Below are positions 60,770 to 64,000 of a stretch of 64,000 nt of DNA, in pieces. The notes beneath the pieces were generated by a model. The model saw only the letters and a program-made list of their open reading frames with translations. It searched no databases and had not been told where the DNA came from. Source of the DNA: Atopobiaceae bacterium (GTDB lineage Bacteria > Actinomycetota > Coriobacteriia > Coriobacteriales > Atopobiaceae); assembly GCA_017510785.1 (NCBI GenBank), contig JAFWMH010000032.1:9763-73762 (forward strand). The letters run 5' to 3'. The first letter of the stretch is position 1, and each line of letters starts with the position of its first letter. The position numbers were made by a program, and so were the translations under genes.

Positions 60770-61858
60770 TTACGAAGTGCGCTTGCGTTTATCAACCCAC
60801 CTTATGCCGTCTTGCGAGGGGCGCCGATTCCCGTCGGTGGGGATTTGCCCGCTGGGTGTTCGTCCGGGTTGATGCATTCCGATGCGATTCCACCAGCACA
60901 CCATGTGTGAGACGCGGTCGGTGCCAAGGCGGACGCACGTGCCGATGGTTACGACGGCGCAAAACAGCAGTTGGAGCGCCTCGTTTGGCAAAAGCGATAG
61001 GTGCAGGAGCATCAAAAGGTGAATAACCCACGGATGCAGAAGATAAATGCTCATGGTGTTGCGTCCCACTTCCGAAACTACCGCGAGCTCTTGGGAAGGC
61101 GTAATGACGAGCAGGAGCGCGCACCATGCGCAGGCGGCGAGTTGCAGGAGCGTGCGCGCCACGAAGTCCCAAGCGCTCGAGTAGGGAAGGCTCCGATGCA
61201 GCACGACGGCAGGTGCAGCACCGTGGGCAAAGTGCAATGCCATGAGTACGGCGACGGCGGCAAGGCTTGCGAGCCGTGCCTGCCAGAGCTGTGGGCGGCT
61301 AAGCGAGGAAATTATCTGCGACGCGCGCAGTTTGCCCGCGTAGAAGCCCGCGCAGAAGAAGGGATAAAACGCGAAAACGCGCGAGAGGCTGAGGGTTTTG
61401 CCAATCCAGGGGATGCAGCCCGCCAAGATGGACGCCACGAAGGCGATGCCAACCACCTTAAGGCGATCCTGCTGCGTGCGAGCCCGCTCGAGGAGAGGAC
61501 ACGTTGCGTACCACAGCATGCAAGCGAGCAGGTACCACAGCGTCCACTCGGGAACGAGTAGCGTGAAGTTCGAAAGCGGCTCGCGGCCAGCCAAAAGGTC
61601 GTTGTATGCCACGGCGAGCAGCTGGAACTGTACATAGGGAATTAGCAGGTTGCGAACCACCTTCGCCGGCCGCCAACGCGCGAAGTAGCCGGAAACGAAC
61701 ACGAACGTCGGCATATGGAACACGTAGATGACTTGGTACAGCGTGCCCGTAACCGGACCCCAGGCGAATCGCACCATGAGGTGGCAAAACACCACCAGAA
61801 CGATGAGCACGCAGCGTAGGTTGTCCATTCTGTAGTCGCGTAAGGCCATGGGTAGCAT
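60770..61858 (-). CDS. Acyltransferase family 3 (membrane O-acyl/acetyltransferase)
   Basis: Polytopic. The N-terminus RMDNLRCVLIVLVVFCHLM...VFHMPTFVFVSGYF is typical of Acyl_transf_3. ATG 61849 has better RBS spacing (AAGGGGG) than 61858. Confidence 0.88.
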   Translation of the reverse strand: MLPMALRDYRMDNLRCVLIVLVVFCHLMVRFAWGPVTGTLYQVIYVFHMPTFVFVSGYFARWRPAKVVRNLLIPYVQFQLLAVAYNDLLAGREPLSNFTLLVPEWTLWYLLACMLWYATCPLLERARTQQDRLKVVGIAFVASILAGCIPWIGKTLSLSRVFAFYPFFCAGFYAGKLRASQIISSLSRPQLWQARLASLAAVAVLMALHFAHGAAPAVVLHRSLPYSSAWDFVARTLLQLAACAWCALLLVITPSQELAVVSEVGRNTMSIYLLHPWVIHLLMLLHLSLLPNEALQLLFCAVVTIGTCVRLGTDRVSHMVCWWNRIGMHQPGRTPSGQIPTDGNRRPSQDGIRWVDKRKRTS

Positions 61859-62065
61859 CCCCCTTCGGTACCAGCATAGCGCATTGGGCTTGAGTGAGAC
61901 GCCTTCCCGAGGAGTTTGTTGTGTACCGCGATTGGGACGTGCGAACGAGACGGTCGCGCGGACTTCGTTCGTATGTCTTGTGCGGCGAGTAACGATGTGT
62001 CCGCAGTGCGGCCCAATGGCGTATACTCTTGCATTTGCTACAGGCTATGCGCAAAAGGAGAAGCC

Positions 62066-63331
62066 ATGAAGGACGAAACCAAGTGCCTGCACGCGGGCTA
62101 TACACCGAAGAACACCGAGCCGCGCGTGGTGCCCATCGTGCAGAGCACGACCTACGTGTACGACAACACCGAGGAGGTTGCGGCGGTATTCGACGACCCC
62201 ACCAAGTCGCTCATCTACTCGCGATTCGCCAACCCCACCGTAATGGCCGTGGAAGATAAAATCGCGGCGCTCGAGGGCGGCATCGGGGCCATGTGCACCA
62301 CGTCGGGCCAGGCGGCCTCGCTCCTCTCGGTGCTCAACATCGCGCAAGCGGGCGACAGCATTATCAGCACGGCGGAGATTTACGGCGGTACCGTGAACCT
62401 CTTCGCCTTTACCTTTAAGAAGCTCGGTATCGAGACCATTTGGGTCGACAAGAACTCGACCGACGAGGAGATCGAGGCAGCCTTCAAGCCTAACACCAAG
62501 GCCGTGTTTGGCGAGACCATCGCCAACCCGGCGCTTACCGTGTTCGACATCGAGCGCTTCGCGAACATCGCGCACCGCAACAACGTGCCGCTCATCATAG
62601 ACAATACCTTTGCCACTCCCATCCTGTGCAAGCCCATTGAGTTTGGCGCCGACATCGTGATTCACTCCACTACGAAGTACATGGACGGCCATGCGGTGCA
62701 GGTTGGCGGCGTCATCGTGGATAGCGGCAAGTTCGACTGGGCAGCGAGCGGCAAGTTCCCCGAGCTCGTCGAGCCCGACGAGAGCTATCACGGCATTTCC
62801 TACACCGAGACGTACGGCAAGGCGGCCTACATCATTAAGGCTCGCATGCAGCTGATGCGCGACTTCGGCGTGTACCCTGCGGCGCACTCTGCGTTCCTGC
62901 TCAACCTCGGACTCGAGACGCTTGCCGTGCGCATGAAGCAGTACTGCGAAAACGCGCAGACCGTGGCCGAGTACCTGCAGAAGTCGCCGCACGTCGAGCG
63001 CGTGATTTACCCTGGTCTCGAGGGCGACGAGAGCCACGAGCTGGCCAAGAAGTACCTCAAGGGCTGCAGCGGCGTCATTTCGTTCGTGATCAAGGGCGGT
63101 CGCGAGGGCGCCATGAAGTGGATGAACTCGCTCGAGCTCGCCTCCAACGAGGTGCACGTTGCCGATATCCGCACTTGCGTGCTGCATCCGGCCAGCGAGA
63201 CGCATCGCCAGCTCACCGACGAGCAGCTCGTTGCCGCCGGCATCGAGGCCGGTATGGTGCGCCTCTCCGTCGGTCTCGAGAACGTCGACGACATCCTCGC
63301 CGACCTCGAGCGCGGTTTCGCCCAGCTGTAG
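62066..63331 (+). CDS. metY: O-acetylhomoserine aminocarboxypropyltransferase (sulfhydrylase), PLP-dependent
   Basis: Track ORF 61916..63331 trimmed to ATG 62066 (AAAGGAG RBS). Starts MKDETKCLHAGYTPKNTEPRVVPIVQSTTYVYD. PLP-Lys region VIHSTTKYMDGH. Confidence 0.93.
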   Translation: MKDETKCLHAGYTPKNTEPRVVPIVQSTTYVYDNTEEVAAVFDDPTKSLIYSRFANPTVMAVEDKIAALEGGIGAMCTTSGQAASLLSVLNIAQAGDSIISTAEIYGGTVNLFAFTFKKLGIETIWVDKNSTDEEIEAAFKPNTKAVFGETIANPALTVFDIERFANIAHRNNVPLIIDNTFATPILCKPIEFGADIVIHSTTKYMDGHAVQVGGVIVDSGKFDWAASGKFPELVEPDESYHGISYTETYGKAAYIIKARMQLMRDFGVYPAAHSAFLLNLGLETLAVRMKQYCENAQTVAEYLQKSPHVERVIYPGLEGDESHELAKKYLKGCSGVISFVIKGGREGAMKWMNSLELASNEVHVADIRTCVLHPASETHRQLTDEQLVAAGIEAGMVRLSVGLENVDDILADLERGFAQL

Positions 63332-63335
63332 GGTG

Positions 63336-63394
63336 CCGCTAGGGGGTAGCCCCCTGAGTGTACGCTGTACACTCAGGGGGCTACCCCCTAGCGG
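63336..63394. repeat. Perfect 28-bp-stem inverted repeat with a 3-nt loop; possible U-tract-less terminator or protein-binding palindrome
   Basis: CCGCTAGGGGGTAGCCCCCTGAGTGTAC (63336-63363), GCT, GTACACTCAGGGGGCTACCCCCTAGCGG (63367-63394). Each arm holds its own GGGGG-TAG-CCCCC sub-palindrome. Starts 5 nt after the metY stop. Confidence 0.85.
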
Positions 63395-63445
63395 TACATG
63401 GTATGCTGTAGGAGTCATTATCATCTTGAGACGAAGGAGCGTACC

Positions 63446-64000
63446 ATGGCATTTCCTGAGGGCTTTTTGTGGGGCGGAGCAGTAGCGGCAAATCAGTGGG
63501 AAGGCGGCTGGAACGAGGGTGGTCGTGGCATGGCCATGACGGACGTCACCACGGGCGGCACCGTGAGCGAGCCGCGCTACGTTACCTACATCGACAAGGA
63601 CGGCAAGGGCGGCAAGATGAAGAACGGCGACCCGCTGCCCGAGGGTGCGCACTATGCCGTGCTGCCGGAGTATCATTATCCGAACCACAACGCCGTGGAC
63701 GGATATCACCATTACAAGGAGGATATTGCGCTGCTCGGCGAGATGGGCTTCAAGCAGTTCCGCATGTCCATTAGCTGGAGTCGCCTGTTCCCCAAGGGTA
63801 CGGAGAAGTATCCCAACCCCGAGGGCGTTGCCTTTTACAAGGACATGTTCGAGACCATGCACGAGTACGGCATCGAGCCGCTCGTAACCATCTGGCACTT
63901 CGACACGCCGCTCTACCTCGAGGAGTACTGCGGTGGTTGGGAGAATCGCGAGACGATTGACCACTTCGTGCGCTACGCGACGGCGTGCTTTACCGAGTTC
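63446..64000 (+). CDS. GH1 6-phospho-beta-glucosidase / beta-glucosidase. Only the N-terminal 185 aa are present; the gene continues past the right edge.
   Basis: ATG 63446 after GAAGGAG. Reads MAFPEGFLWGGAVAANQWEGG...YHHYKEDIALLGEMGFKQFRMSISWSRLFP...IEPLVTIWHFDTPLYL, which are GH1 N-terminal signatures. Confidence 0.92.
   Translation, partial: MAFPEGFLWGGAVAANQWEGGWNEGGRGMAMTDVTTGGTVSEPRYVTYIDKDGKGGKMKNGDPLPEGAHYAVLPEYHYPNHNAVDGYHHYKEDIALLGEMGFKQFRMSISWSRLFPKGTEKYPNPEGVAFYKDMFETMHEYGIEPLVTIWHFDTPLYLEEYCGGWENRETIDHFVRYATACFTEF

Noticed and set aside
1-64000. Prophage, integrase, transposase, toxin-antitoxin, restriction-modification or other defence-system genes; rRNA genes.
   Set aside because: No ORF shows integrase/transposase/Cas/methylase motifs. 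The lone DUF559 endonuclease-domain gene and the lone NTase have no recognisable partner genes, so I do not call a defence system.

Overview
This 64-kb window looks like a high-GC Gram-positive chromosome segment. The gene content resembles Actinomycetota/Coriobacteriia, but that taxon call is inference only. I can support about 40 protein genes, 1 tRNA and no rRNA or CRISPR.

Gene order, left to right:
- A dlt-like envelope O-acylation operon on the minus strand (MBOAT, then a DltD-like protein, then a DltA-like adenylase).
- Two paralogous CBS-domain family II pyrophosphatases bracketing a GH13 alpha-glucosidase and a Maa-type acetyltransferase.
- An Asp racemase, then a fruR-fruK-fruA fructose PTS operon.
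- cysS-rlmB-yacP. The RlmB carries a basic RGG-rich N-terminal tail and an acidic C-terminal tail.
- A ~3-kb repeat-rich stretch with little coding sequence. It holds one DUF559 endonuclease-domain gene flanked by ~155-185-bp direct repeats built from a 21-23-nt inverted motif, next to tRNA-Gln.
- A minus-strand string: PG-binding protein, polyprenyl synthase, galE, a small membrane protein, DegV.
- A P-type ATPase, then xpt plus a BMP-type nucleoside ABC transporter.

The standout locus is 36.0-59.9 kb. Four tightly packed type IV pilin-like genes sit there with no pilus assembly genes anywhere in the window. One of them is an 852-aa modular pilin with GLUG repeats. They are followed 56 nt later by a 17.5-kb gene for a 5,844-aa N-terminally lipidated surface protein. 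That protein contains MBG repeats, Cna-B/SpaA-like domains, a Listeria-Bacteroides repeat and five iterated capped beta-helix modules, and it has no LPXTG signal. A GT-C-like polytopic membrane protein comes next. I read this as a candidate pilus- or pseudopilus-coupled giant adhesin system; the coupling is inference.

The window ends with a nucleotidyltransferase/acyltransferase-3 pair, metY, a 28-bp-stem perfect palindrome and a truncated GH1 gene.

Two families of small palindromic MITE/REP-like repeats occur twice each. All functional calls come from motif recognition by eye. No database search was run.
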